Part shown: positions 1 to 8,603 of the stretch, piece after piece | Position numbering within the stretch: position 1 is the stretch's first letter | Layout: every line of letters begins with the position of its first letter | NCBI GenBank assembly: GCA_965247095.1 | Contig: OZ251997.1 | Coordinates: forward strand, 2,496,001-2,560,000 | Source of the DNA: Candidatus Multivorans sp. | Lineage (GTDB): Bacteria > Acidobacteriota > Thermoanaerobaculia > Multivoradales > Multivoraceae | Reading direction: 5' to 3' | DNA: 64,000 nt | Notes under the pieces: generated by a model | Told to the model about the DNA's origin: nothing | The model's database searches: none | What the model saw: only the letters and a program-made list of their open reading frames with translations | Position numbers and translations under genes: made by a program

Positions 1-1098
1 AAGGAGGAGATGTACCGGCGTCGATTCAGCGGCGAACACTTTCGCTTGGGCGACATCCACGACCTCGGCATCGGCGACCTGCCGCCCGGCTTGGACCTCG
101 TGACCGCGTCGTTCCCCTGCATCGATCTCTCGCTTGCCGGAAACCGAGCGGGTCTGGCGGGCCGGCACTCGGGGACGATCTGGCCGTTTCTGGAGATCGT
201 GACGGCCCTGTGCATCCAGCGCACGCCGCCTTCCGCCGTCCTGCTGGAAAACGTGACGGGCTTCCTCACGTCGAGGGGCGGGGCGGATCTCGCCGATGTG
301 TGCCGTCGTCTGGCCGTTGTCGACTACGTCATCGACGTGCTGCTTGTCGACGCGCGTTGGTTCCGGCCCCAGAGCCGTCCTCGACTGTTCGTGGCGGCGC
401 GGCAACGCAAGTTGGGAGGTCCGTGGCACCGGTCGGATTCTGAGCCTTCTCGTGTGCGTCCTGCCGCGGTACGCCGGTTCGAGGCAGCTCATCCCGAGCT
501 GCCCTTCGTCGACCTGCCCTTACCGGCACCGCCGACTGAGGCGCCCAACACTCTCGCTTCCGTACTTGAGGATCTTCCGCTGGATGATGCCCGCTGGTGG
601 CCCGAGGACCGTACTGCCGCCCTGGTCGCCGAGATGGCGCCGCAGAATCGCAGCCGGGTGGATGAACTGCTGGCCGGAGAGCGTGACGGGGTTGCGACGA
701 TGTACCGCCGCCGCCGGAACGGCCGCACGGTGGGTGAACTCAGGCCCGACCGCCTTGCGGGTTGCCTCAGAACCCCCCAGGGCGGCAGCAGCGTCCAGTT
801 CCTGATTGATTGCCGCACCGGAGCCCCTACGATCCGGCCACTGACCGGTCGAGAGTACGCACGCCTGCAGGGCGCGGACTCCTTCCCCATCGAAGTGGGC
901 GACCGCCAGGCCAGGCTGGGCTTCGGCGACGCCGTGTGCGTGCAGGCTGTCCGGTGGCTGGTGCAGCACGCTTTTGACCCTGAACGTAGCGCGCCGCAGG
1001 ACGCGCCGGCGTCCTCTGGTGAAACGGCGGCGATTCAGTTCCCGTACGCCCCCCCGACAAGCGGCCGCCGTGAGCCGCAACGTCCGCTGTTCACGTAA
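1..1098 (+). CDS. DNA (cytosine-5)-methyltransferase, probably 5'-truncated by the window edge
   Basis: C5-MTase motifs: IV SFPC, VI LLENV, VIII QSRPRLF, IX RPLTGREYARLQG, X GDAV; motif I (FxGxG) absent, so it probably lies upstream. Confidence 0.93.
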   Translation, partial: KEEMYRRRFSGEHFRLGDIHDLGIGDLPPGLDLVTASFPCIDLSLAGNRAGLAGRHSGTIWPFLEIVTALCIQRTPPSAVLLENVTGFLTSRGGADLADVCRRLAVVDYVIDVLLVDARWFRPQSRPRLFVAARQRKLGGPWHRSDSEPSRVRPAAVRRFEAAHPELPFVDLPLPAPPTEAPNTLASVLEDLPLDDARWWPEDRTAALVAEMAPQNRSRVDELLAGERDGVATMYRRRRNGRTVGELRPDRLAGCLRTPQGGSSVQFLIDCRTGAPTIRPLTGREYARLQGADSFPIEVGDRQARLGFGDAVCVQAVRWLVQHAFDPERSAPQDAPASSGETAAIQFPYAPPTSGRREPQRPLFT

Positions 1099-1111
1099 CT
1101 CGCCCCGCTTG

Positions 1112-1678
1112 ATGCTGCCTGACACGCTCGACGTTCGCGCGGCGCTGATCTACTTCCGCTTACATCTACCGCCCCTATCGGGGGCGTCTTCGCCTCTTCA
1201 GGGACCGAGGCCTGAAGCCGCGGATGGTCATGTCAGAAGATTGGGACGTGTTCACGTGTCCATCCTGCTGAGGCAACAGGGCGTGGCCAGTCGAGAGGGT
1301 CCGGACCTTGGCGACACAGAGGTCAAGTCGGCAGTAGCCGGCGGTTCCTTCGAGTACCAGTACCACCGAAACTCCTGGAAGAAGAAGCTCGAAGCGGACC
1401 GGCGTTCCGGCCACGCCTTCGTCTGGTACGGCGACGACCTGCACTCAATCGAGGTCTGGTACTGCGACGGTGAGCGAATGGGCGGCCACTTCGCCGCTTG
1501 GGAAGCTGAGAAGCCCTACTCGGATCCCGGTCAGCAGCGGTTTCGCAAGCAGGTGAGCGCCGGGTGGGTCCGCGAGCACGCTACGCTGCTGCTGCGTGTG
1601 GTCGCCGGCGAGGCGGAGTACGAGTGGCGCACATCGGAAAGTGTCACCAGTACCTCGCCCCCCGACGCTGTCACATGA
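1112..1678 (+). CDS. Putative type II restriction endonuclease (PD-(D/E)xK fold), with apparent compensating frameshifts
   Basis: Directly follows the MTase; GPDLGDTEVKS fits PD...ExK; between ~1160 and ~1258 the +1 frame reads YIYRPYRGRLRLFRDRGLKPRMVMSEDWDVF, more protein-like than the ORF frame; start uncertain. Confidence 0.6.
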   Translation: MLPDTLDVRAALIYFRLHLPPLSGASSPLQGPRPEAADGHVRRLGRVHVSILLRQQGVASREGPDLGDTEVKSAVAGGSFEYQYHRNSWKKKLEADRRSGHAFVWYGDDLHSIEVWYCDGERMGGHFAAWEAEKPYSDPGQQRFRKQVSAGWVREHATLLLRVVAGEAEYEWRTSESVTSTSPPDAVT

Positions 1679-2652
1679 CTAAGGACCGCTGCCCGATCTG
1701 GGGCACACCCGCCACTCACTATCCGCGAGATGGCGATCGACTCAAACTTGATTCCCCGCGAGCCGGCGGCATCTACTCCGTTTCCGGTACTGCGCTGGCG
1801 GCGCTCCCGAACTACGGCCAGCAAGAGCGACTGAGGCTTACGTCCTGGCTGGTGGAACAACGGACGCTCGGCAACGACTGCCCCGTGGTCTCCTCCGTCA
1901 CTCTCGATGACGCGAGCCAGAGAGCGGCATCGCCTGTCGTCGATCGCGCGGACAGGATCCTTAAGTTCCTTGCAAGCAGGACTGACGTCCTCGGAGCCAA
2001 GGTCCGGTTTCGTACCGTATCGAACTATCATCAGCTTGACGATCTAGGCAGAGCCTATCTTGAGCTTCTCGCTCAAGCCGAGTGCGTCGGCGAGAACGAT
2101 CTGGACTTCCTGCTGGACTACTTGGACGAGCGCGGGGCGCTTCGGCGGCGCAAGGCCATCAGCAACCCGGAGCAAGCATGTGCCTTGACGGTGAGTGGCC
2201 ATTCACGTTTGGCCGAACTGCAAAGCCCACAAACCGAATCGACACGAGCCTTTGTGGCCATGTGGTTCGACCGGTCTATGGACAAGGCATGGCAGCTTGG
2301 ATTTCGCGCCGCAGTTCGCGACGCGGGGTACGATCCGGTCCGGATCGATCAGCAAGAGTACGTGAGCAAGATCGACGATGAGATCATTTCAGAGATCCGT
2401 AGGTCCCGTTTCGTAGTCGCAGACTTCACGCACGGCGATGACGGGGCCCGCGGTGGCGTCTACTATGAGGCGGGATTTGCACACGGTCTCCACATTCCTG
2501 TGTTCTTCTGTTGTCGAGAGGACAAGCTCAACTTGGTTCACTTCGACACCCGACAATACAACCATATCGTCTGGAATACACCAGACGAACTCCGAGAGAA
2601 GCTCTTCAACCGAATTGCAGCCGCAGTCGGAAATCGGCCGCTGAAGTCTTGA
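1675..2652 (+). CDS. Protein with C-terminal nucleoside 2-deoxyribosyltransferase/TIR-like domain
   Basis: ATG at 1675 overlaps the upstream TGA (ATGA); C-terminal FVAMWF...IRRSRFVVADFT...GVYYEAGFA...HFDTRQYNHIVW pattern. Confidence 0.75.
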   Translation: MTKDRCPIWGTPATHYPRDGDRLKLDSPRAGGIYSVSGTALAALPNYGQQERLRLTSWLVEQRTLGNDCPVVSSVTLDDASQRAASPVVDRADRILKFLASRTDVLGAKVRFRTVSNYHQLDDLGRAYLELLAQAECVGENDLDFLLDYLDERGALRRRKAISNPEQACALTVSGHSRLAELQSPQTESTRAFVAMWFDRSMDKAWQLGFRAAVRDAGYDPVRIDQQEYVSKIDDEIISEIRRSRFVVADFTHGDDGARGGVYYEAGFAHGLHIPVFFCCREDKLNLVHFDTRQYNHIVWNTPDELREKLFNRIAAAVGNRPLKS

Positions 2653-2805
2653 ACAGGCACGTTGCGGAGTTCCCGGACTGTGACCGGACGGGCAGCCAGG
2701 ACGTTCCAGCAGCAGCGAAAGGCATGTCCGCCTGATCAACAAGATGGACCCTTGGACCTGCCCTTGTGTGACGGCAGCGTCCAAAGCCCAGCACGTTCTG
2801 GTTCC

Positions 2806-5245
2806 TCACTTCAACCGGTTGACACCGACGGGCTCATCGACTCCATCGACAAGCATCTTGCACTGCCCTCTTGATTGAAAGATAGTAACACGCGGCATGT
2901 AGCTGTACGAGTACTCGTAGTGGTACTCCGATTGTTCCCAGATCTGACCATTCGTCAGCTTGACGACGGTATCGCCTTCCCACCCTTCGAACTCACCGTC
3001 GACTCTGCTCTCGACGTCACACCTCGAAGAGTCGCCCGCAGTTGGTGCGGACGGCAGCCTCTTGTCTGCATCCGCATCTCGACCCGCGGCAAGCATGGCG
3101 TCCACATCCACGAAACCGCGTCCCGCGGTGGGCGGAGCGTGTTCCGTGGGCGACTGCTCACAGTTGAACCTCTGACTGGGGCTGGCGGTGCCGTCCGTAG
3201 AGCGTGAGAAGTCGTAGTAGAGACCGGTGCCGTCAGGCTCAATGAGGAACATGTAGTCATATCTTCCGTCGTCATCGGGACCGAAATCCCAGCGCCGGTT
3301 GAGTCCTTGGACTTCAAACGCTGCCGTATGGGTTGTGCCGGCAACCGACACCTCACCGCCGTTCTCCAGCCGAGTCAGCGTGAGCAATACACTCGTGCGG
3401 TTGAAGTCGGTCGTGTCGAAGCAGCGCCACGGCTCCAATGATGCAATCCGCTCCTTCGCCTTGTCGTCTCCTTTTTCCGCAGCGAGGCGGTACCAACGCA
3501 GGGCCTCGCTGAAATCCGGCTCCACGCCGCGACCATTCTCATAAGTGGAGCCGAGGAGAAACTGCGCTCCGGCGTGTCCTTGTTCGGCAGCTCTGCGAAT
3601 CCATCGGGCAGACTCAGAGTAGTCCTCCTCCACGCCTTGGCCCAATGCGTAATGGAGTCCGAGGCTGTACTGCGCTACAGCATGGCCCTGCTCCGCTGCC
3701 AACCGGTACCACCGCACAGCCTCGGCGTCGTCCTTCTCCACGCCGAGTCCAGAGGCATACCTGCTGCCGAGGCTGTACTGCGCCTCGGCGTTGCCTTGTT
3801 CGGCGGCCTCAGGCGTACTCGGCAGCGTGGGCGTTGGGTCGGTCCGCCGGAGGGCTGCCACTGCGTCGGGATGACCTTGGTCAGCGGCTAGACGAAACCA
3901 GCGGTCGGCCTCAACAGTGTCCTTCGGCACACCTCGCCCGCCAGCGAGCATCACGCCGAGGTTGTACTGGGCTTGCGCGAACCGCTGCTCGGCTGCCAGT
4001 CGAAACAGCCGTGCAGCCTCAGCGTCGTCTTGGGGAACGCCCTGGCCCACCGAGTACATGTGACCGAGATTGATCTGTGCTCCACCGTGGCCTTGTTCGG
4101 CAGCCGGGCGTAGCCACCGGAGAGCCATCACGTCGTCCGTTCCCATGTAGAGAGACCCGAGTTCGGCCATCGCTCCGGCGTGCCCCTGATTCGCCGCTCG
4201 GGTCAACCAAAGTAGAGCCTGCTCCTTCCTCTCGTCGGCATCTACATCGCCGCGCCCTTCGGCGTACGCGACAGCGAGTTCGTACTGCGCCTCCGCATCA
4301 CCGCCTTCCGCAGCGCCCAGGAGTTGATTGAACCGGGCGTCGCCCTGTGTTTCAGACACGCCGCCTACATCCTCCAGCGTCGCATCCAGCTCGGCCAGTT
4401 CATCGAGCGTGTCCCCGAACATCTCAAGTGTCTGGGCGTGGCCCTGTTGGGCTGCACGATAAAGCCACTTCACGGCCTCGCTGCCGTCTTCCGGCACACC
4501 ATCCCCCTCGATGTACAGCATCCCGAGCTTGAACTGGGCGTCCGCGTGGCCTTGTTCGGCCGCCATGCGGAGCCAACGGGCAGCTTCAACGGGGTCCTTC
4601 GGCACACCGCGGCCCTCGTGGTGGTACATCCAAAGCAAGAACTGCGCATCGACGTAGCCTTGTTCGGCAGCGCGCCGGTACCACCGCGCAGTTTCGGCGT
4701 AGTCCTGAGAGACGCCCGCGCCTGCTGTACATGCCGCCCATCTCAAACTGTGCCTCGGCGTCGCCCTGGTCGGCGGCACGGCGAATCCACTTCACGGCTT
4801 CGGCTTCGTCCTGGATCACGCCGTGCCCGTTGTAGTACAGCAACCCGAGGTAGAACTGGGCCTTGGGGTCGTTCTGCCCGATAGCTCGCCGGTACCACTG
4901 CAGCGCTTCCGAGTAGTCCTTTGGCACGCCGTGCCCGACGTAGTACAGCCGCCCGATCATGGCTTGGGCCTCGGCGTGCTCCTGCTCCGCAGCCAATCGA
5001 ATCCACTTCACAGCCTCGCCGGGGTCGGCCTCCATGTATGTAACCCCGAGTTGAAACGCGGAAGCGGCGTGACCGCTCTCTGCCAAAGCCCGTAGTTGTG
5101 CAGCGTCAGACGGCTCCAGCCGGCCCGTGGTGTTGGTCTGGGGGTGAACAGCCGTGCCGAGGGCTAGACACGTGATGAACGCGGCGACGACGCGAGCGGA
5201 ACTTCTCGAAGGTCGGCCGGCGCTCCAGTCAATCTTCTTCGTCAT
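2806..5245 (-). CDS. Secreted Sel1-repeat protein, frameshifted near 4727
   Basis: Many AQxxLGxxYxxGxGVxxDxxEAxxWxxxAAEQG repeats split over ORFs 4586..5329 and 2806..4779; signal-like N-terminus from ATG 5245; two non-repeat C-terminal domains. Confidence 0.88.
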
Positions 5246-5274
5246 GGGTCGGAGTTCCGGTGGAAGCGGACCGA

Positions 5275-5535
5275 TTTCTTGAGCGACTGAATGATCGACT
5301 TCATTCCTTCGAGGCGAGCGTTGGTACACCCCCGTTCAACCGTGTTCAGCACGCCGTCGAGATGAGCCTCGATCACGCCCGCGACCTCCTTCATCGGCTC
5401 GAGAGGGCCGCAGATGACCCAAGAGTAGCAGGCGCCGAGGCTCTTTCTCGACTCGGGCGCGGCCCCGCACCTCCCACATCCTCATCGCCGTCTCTTGCCG
5501 GCAACACGCCGTCTTCAAGGTCGCATTCACCCCAG
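5275..5535 (-). pseudogene. ISL3-family transposase remnant
   Basis: Minus-strand fragments in shifting frames read LKTA..ETAMRMW, YSWVICGPLEPMKEVAGVIEAHLDGVLN and TNARLEGMKSIIQSLKK, resembling the ISL3 transposase C-terminus. Confidence 0.6.
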
Positions 5536-5736
5536 GGTCTCGCCGGACGGGCGGCTGGCGTTCACTTCGCCCCGCCAGTTCCATACGACGTCTGTCGGAC
5601 CTGACAGCTCGCTGAGGCTCGTGAAAGGACGTGACGAGCTTGGGCCTGTCTTGGAGAGATGGGACAGCAGTAGCCTGTAACCGAGAATCACGCCAAACGT
5701 CGCTGGAGCGTCGAGCTCTCCCCGCGCAGTTTCGAT

Positions 5737-6516
5737 TCAAGGAATCAGGCGAACCTCCAAAACAGGATGCCTTCGTGAGCGCTCACCCGGCACGTAGTCT
5801 CCCATTACGAAAACGTGATCTAAGTTCTCCGGGCGCCTCACTTCTGTCTTCTCCAAGTACTCGGCCAAGTGGTCCTGCAGATAGAGTTCGGGCGTGAAGA
5901 TCAGCAGAAAGCTGCTGTGCAGGCGAGAGTCGAGTGCGTTCTCGCCGTGCTTCCGCATCCTCCTCGCCTTCTTAGCTCCGGCCTTCTCGTCCTTTGTCTT
6001 GACGATCTCCACTAGACGCATCTGAAACCGCTCAAGAGGCCACTCGACCGAGCCCTTGTATTTGGCCGGGTCTGCTCTGACATGGCCTTCCCGTTCAGCC
6101 TTCTTGTCTGTATCGAGTTCAGCACCATGCCAGCGAAAGACAAAGGCACCGTTCTGACGTTGCTTCCACTCCAAGATGGTCACTTCGCCATGGGCGGAGG
6201 CGAAGCAGATCTGGTACCTCTTCGGGTACTCCACCAAGTCGGTCACCTCAATGCCGACAAGCTCGCCGTCGATCTCGACCAAGACGTCCGGCGGGTCGTC
6301 GAGATTCGGCCTGATCTCAGAGACCGAGTGCCCGCACTTCTCCATCTCCTTGGCCCAGTCTTGGACTTTTTCTACCTCCGCGAGTTCTTGGTGGCCATGG
6401 ATATTGTCTAAGTAGGGAGAGTGCGGACTGCTCTTCTCCGCGATCCGCAGCATCTCCTCAAGCACTTCAGCATCGACCGAAGTCTCTTCGGGCCGTTCGT
6501 TCTCTCTTTCCGGCAT
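5737..6516 (-). CDS. Hypothetical protein, possible PD-(D/E)xK nuclease-like fold
   Basis: 259-aa ORF with GGAGG RBS; DPPDVLVEIDGELVGIEVT resembles a restriction-endonuclease-like core. Confidence 0.55.
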   Translation of the reverse strand: MPERENERPEETSVDAEVLEEMLRIAEKSSPHSPYLDNIHGHQELAEVEKVQDWAKEMEKCGHSVSEIRPNLDDPPDVLVEIDGELVGIEVTDLVEYPKRYQICFASAHGEVTILEWKQRQNGAFVFRWHGAELDTDKKAEREGHVRADPAKYKGSVEWPLERFQMRLVEIVKTKDEKAGAKKARRMRKHGENALDSRLHSSFLLIFTPELYLQDHLAEYLEKTEVRRPENLDHVFVMGDYVPGERSRRHPVLEVRLIP

Positions 6517-6683
6517 AGTTCCTCCAATAACGGCGGGATCAACCCCGCGCTGGGTGACCAGGTAGCGATGTTCGCTTTCACTGCCCTATGCGTCGCGCAG
6601 CCGAAATCCGTTTACGTACTAGGCTGCCCGGTAGCACCGCCCAGCAGCCCTATGCCGTTGGTGGTTGCAGTCCCTCACCCCCG

Positions 6684-7592
6684 TCAATGAATCACCCCCC
6701 GCAGCCGCGGATCCAGCAGGTCCCGCAGCGCGTCGCCGACGCAGTTGAACGACAGCACGAGCAGGAAGATCGCCACGCCCGGGACGATCGACAGCAGCGG
6801 CTGCTGCTCTAGCATCGGGAAGGCCTGCTGGAGCATGTTGCCCCAGGTCGGGGTGGGCGGCTGGATGCCGACGCCGACGAAGCCGAGGGCGGCTTCGGTT
6901 AGAACGGCGTAGCCCATGCTGAGGGTCGCCTGGACGATCACCGGAGCGATGCAGTTGGGCAGGATATGGCGCAGGATGATGCGCATGTGGCTGAGGCCGA
7001 TGCTCTCGGCGGCCTTGACGAAGTCGCGCTCGCGGATCGATAGCCCCTGGCTGCGGATGATCCTGGCCATCCAGGGCACGTTGGCGATGCCGATGGCGAT
7101 GATCACGGTGCGTAGCGACCCGCCCAGCGCGGCCGCCAGGCCGACGGCGATCAGCAGGCTGGGGAACACGACCAGCGCATCCATGAGGCGCATGAGCACG
7201 TCGTCGACCCGGCCGCGGAAGTAGACGGAGAGCAGGCCGAGGGGTACGCCCAGCAGCACTCCCAGGCCGACCGCGCCGAGGCTGACGGAGAGCGCGATTC
7301 TCGCGCCGACGATCAGCCGCGCCAGCGTGTCGCGGCCCATCTGGTCGGAGCCGAGCAAGTGGACGGCGCTGGGGCCCGAGAGCAGGTTGTCGAAGTCCAT
7401 CTCTTCGGCGTCGACGGGGACGATCCAGGGCGACAGCACGGCCGCGGCTGCAATCAGGGCCAGCACGACCAGCCCGGCGAGCGCCTGCGGCACGGACGCG
7501 AGCTTGCGCAGCAGCTCGACGGTCGGGTGGCTGGCACCGACCGCGGATGCGGGCAGGATGCCCGCGTTCCCAGGGCGGCCGCGGCTAGGCAC
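6684..7592 (-). CDS. Peptide/nickel ABC transporter permease (DppC/OppC-like)
   Basis: HLLGSDQMGRD, EAA-type loop DFVKAAESIG, HILPN, GDALRDLLDPR. Confidence 0.93.
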   Translation of the reverse strand: MPSRGRPGNAGILPASAVGASHPTVELLRKLASVPQALAGLVVLALIAAAAVLSPWIVPVDAEEMDFDNLLSGPSAVHLLGSDQMGRDTLARLIVGARIALSVSLGAVGLGVLLGVPLGLLSVYFRGRVDDVLMRLMDALVVFPSLLIAVGLAAALGGSLRTVIIAIGIANVPWMARIIRSQGLSIRERDFVKAAESIGLSHMRIILRHILPNCIAPVIVQATLSMGYAVLTEAALGFVGVGIQPPTPTWGNMLQQAFPMLEQQPLLSIVPGVAIFLLVLSFNCVGDALRDLLDPRLRGVIH

Positions 7593-7643
7593 CGACCGCC
7601 AATACGGGCAGGATGCCCGCGTTCCCAGGGCGACCGCGGCTAG
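7533..7643. repeat. Tandem 55-bp duplication containing the REP-like palindrome GCGGGC-AGGAT-GCCCGCGTTCCCAGG
   Basis: Two near-identical units starting at 7533 and 7588. Confidence 0.9.
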
Positions 7644-8593
7644 TCACCGAACTTGATCCTCGGATCGAGCCAGGCGCAGGCCACGTCGGTAATCAGGTTG
7701 GCGGCCAACACCGCCACCGCCATCAACAGCACCGCCGCCTGCACCACCAGGAAGTCCCGCGCAAAAATCGCCTGCACCATGTACTGGCCGGTGCCGGGGA
7801 TGCCGAAGAGCGTCTCGATCACGATCGCGCCGGCGAAGATGCGGCCGGTCTGCAGGCCGAGGATCGTGACCACGGGCAGCAGGGCGTTGCGCAGCGCATG
7901 CGACCAGATGACCGTGCGCTCGCGCGCGCCCCTGGCGCGTGCGGTGCGCAGGTAGTCCTGGGCGAGCACCTCGAGCATCGCCGAGCGGCTCTGGCGCATG
8001 ATCAGCGCGCAACTCGTGACGCCAAGGGCGAAGGCCGGCAGGACCATGTGGCGCAGGCTCTGCAGCGGGTCGTCGAACGGGCTCACGTAGCCCTGGCTCG
8101 GCAGCCAGCCGAGGCCCACTCCGAAGAGCAGGATCGCCATGATGCCGAGCCAGAAGTTGGGTATCGCGACCCCGCCGATGGAGACCACCGTCGCGGCGTA
8201 GTCGATCGGCTTGCCGCGATAGACCGCGGAGGCGATGCCCGCGGGCACCCCGATCAGGACCGCGAGGATCCAGGCCGCGATGCCGAACTGCAGGGTCACA
8301 AGAGCCCGGGCACCGAGCTCTTCCGCGACCGGGCGCATGTTCTGGGTCGAGCGGCCGAAGTCGCCTTGTGTGACGTTGCCGAGCCAGATCAAGTACTGGA
8401 CGATCACCGGTTCGTCGAGGTGGTGACGCTCGCGGATGATCTGCAACTGCTCTTCGTCGAGCGCCTCACCGGGGCCGATGAAGGCCCGCGCCGGGTCGCC
8501 GGGGATCGCGAGCATCAACGCGAACACCAGGAACGTGACCAGGAGGAGAACGGGCACCGCCTGCAACAGGCGGCGCGCGAGGTAGCTACGCAT
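7640..8593 (-). CDS. Peptide/nickel ABC transporter permease (DppB/OppB-like)
   Basis: PGDPA, GDFGRS, DYLRTARARG, HALRNALLP, LDPRI. Confidence 0.94.
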   Translation of the reverse strand: MRSYLARRLLQAVPVLLLVTFLVFALMLAIPGDPARAFIGPGEALDEEQLQIIRERHHLDEPVIVQYLIWLGNVTQGDFGRSTQNMRPVAEELGARALVTLQFGIAAWILAVLIGVPAGIASAVYRGKPIDYAATVVSIGGVAIPNFWLGIMAILLFGVGLGWLPSQGYVSPFDDPLQSLRHMVLPAFALGVTSCALIMRQSRSAMLEVLAQDYLRTARARGARERTVIWSHALRNALLPVVTILGLQTGRIFAGAIVIETLFGIPGTGQYMVQAIFARDFLVVQAAVLLMAVAVLAANLITDVACAWLDPRIKFGD

Positions 8594-8603
8594 GTGGCTA
8601 GTG

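Noticed and set aside
7533-7643. Possible CRISPR repeats
   Set aside because: A contiguous tandem duplication with no unique spacer
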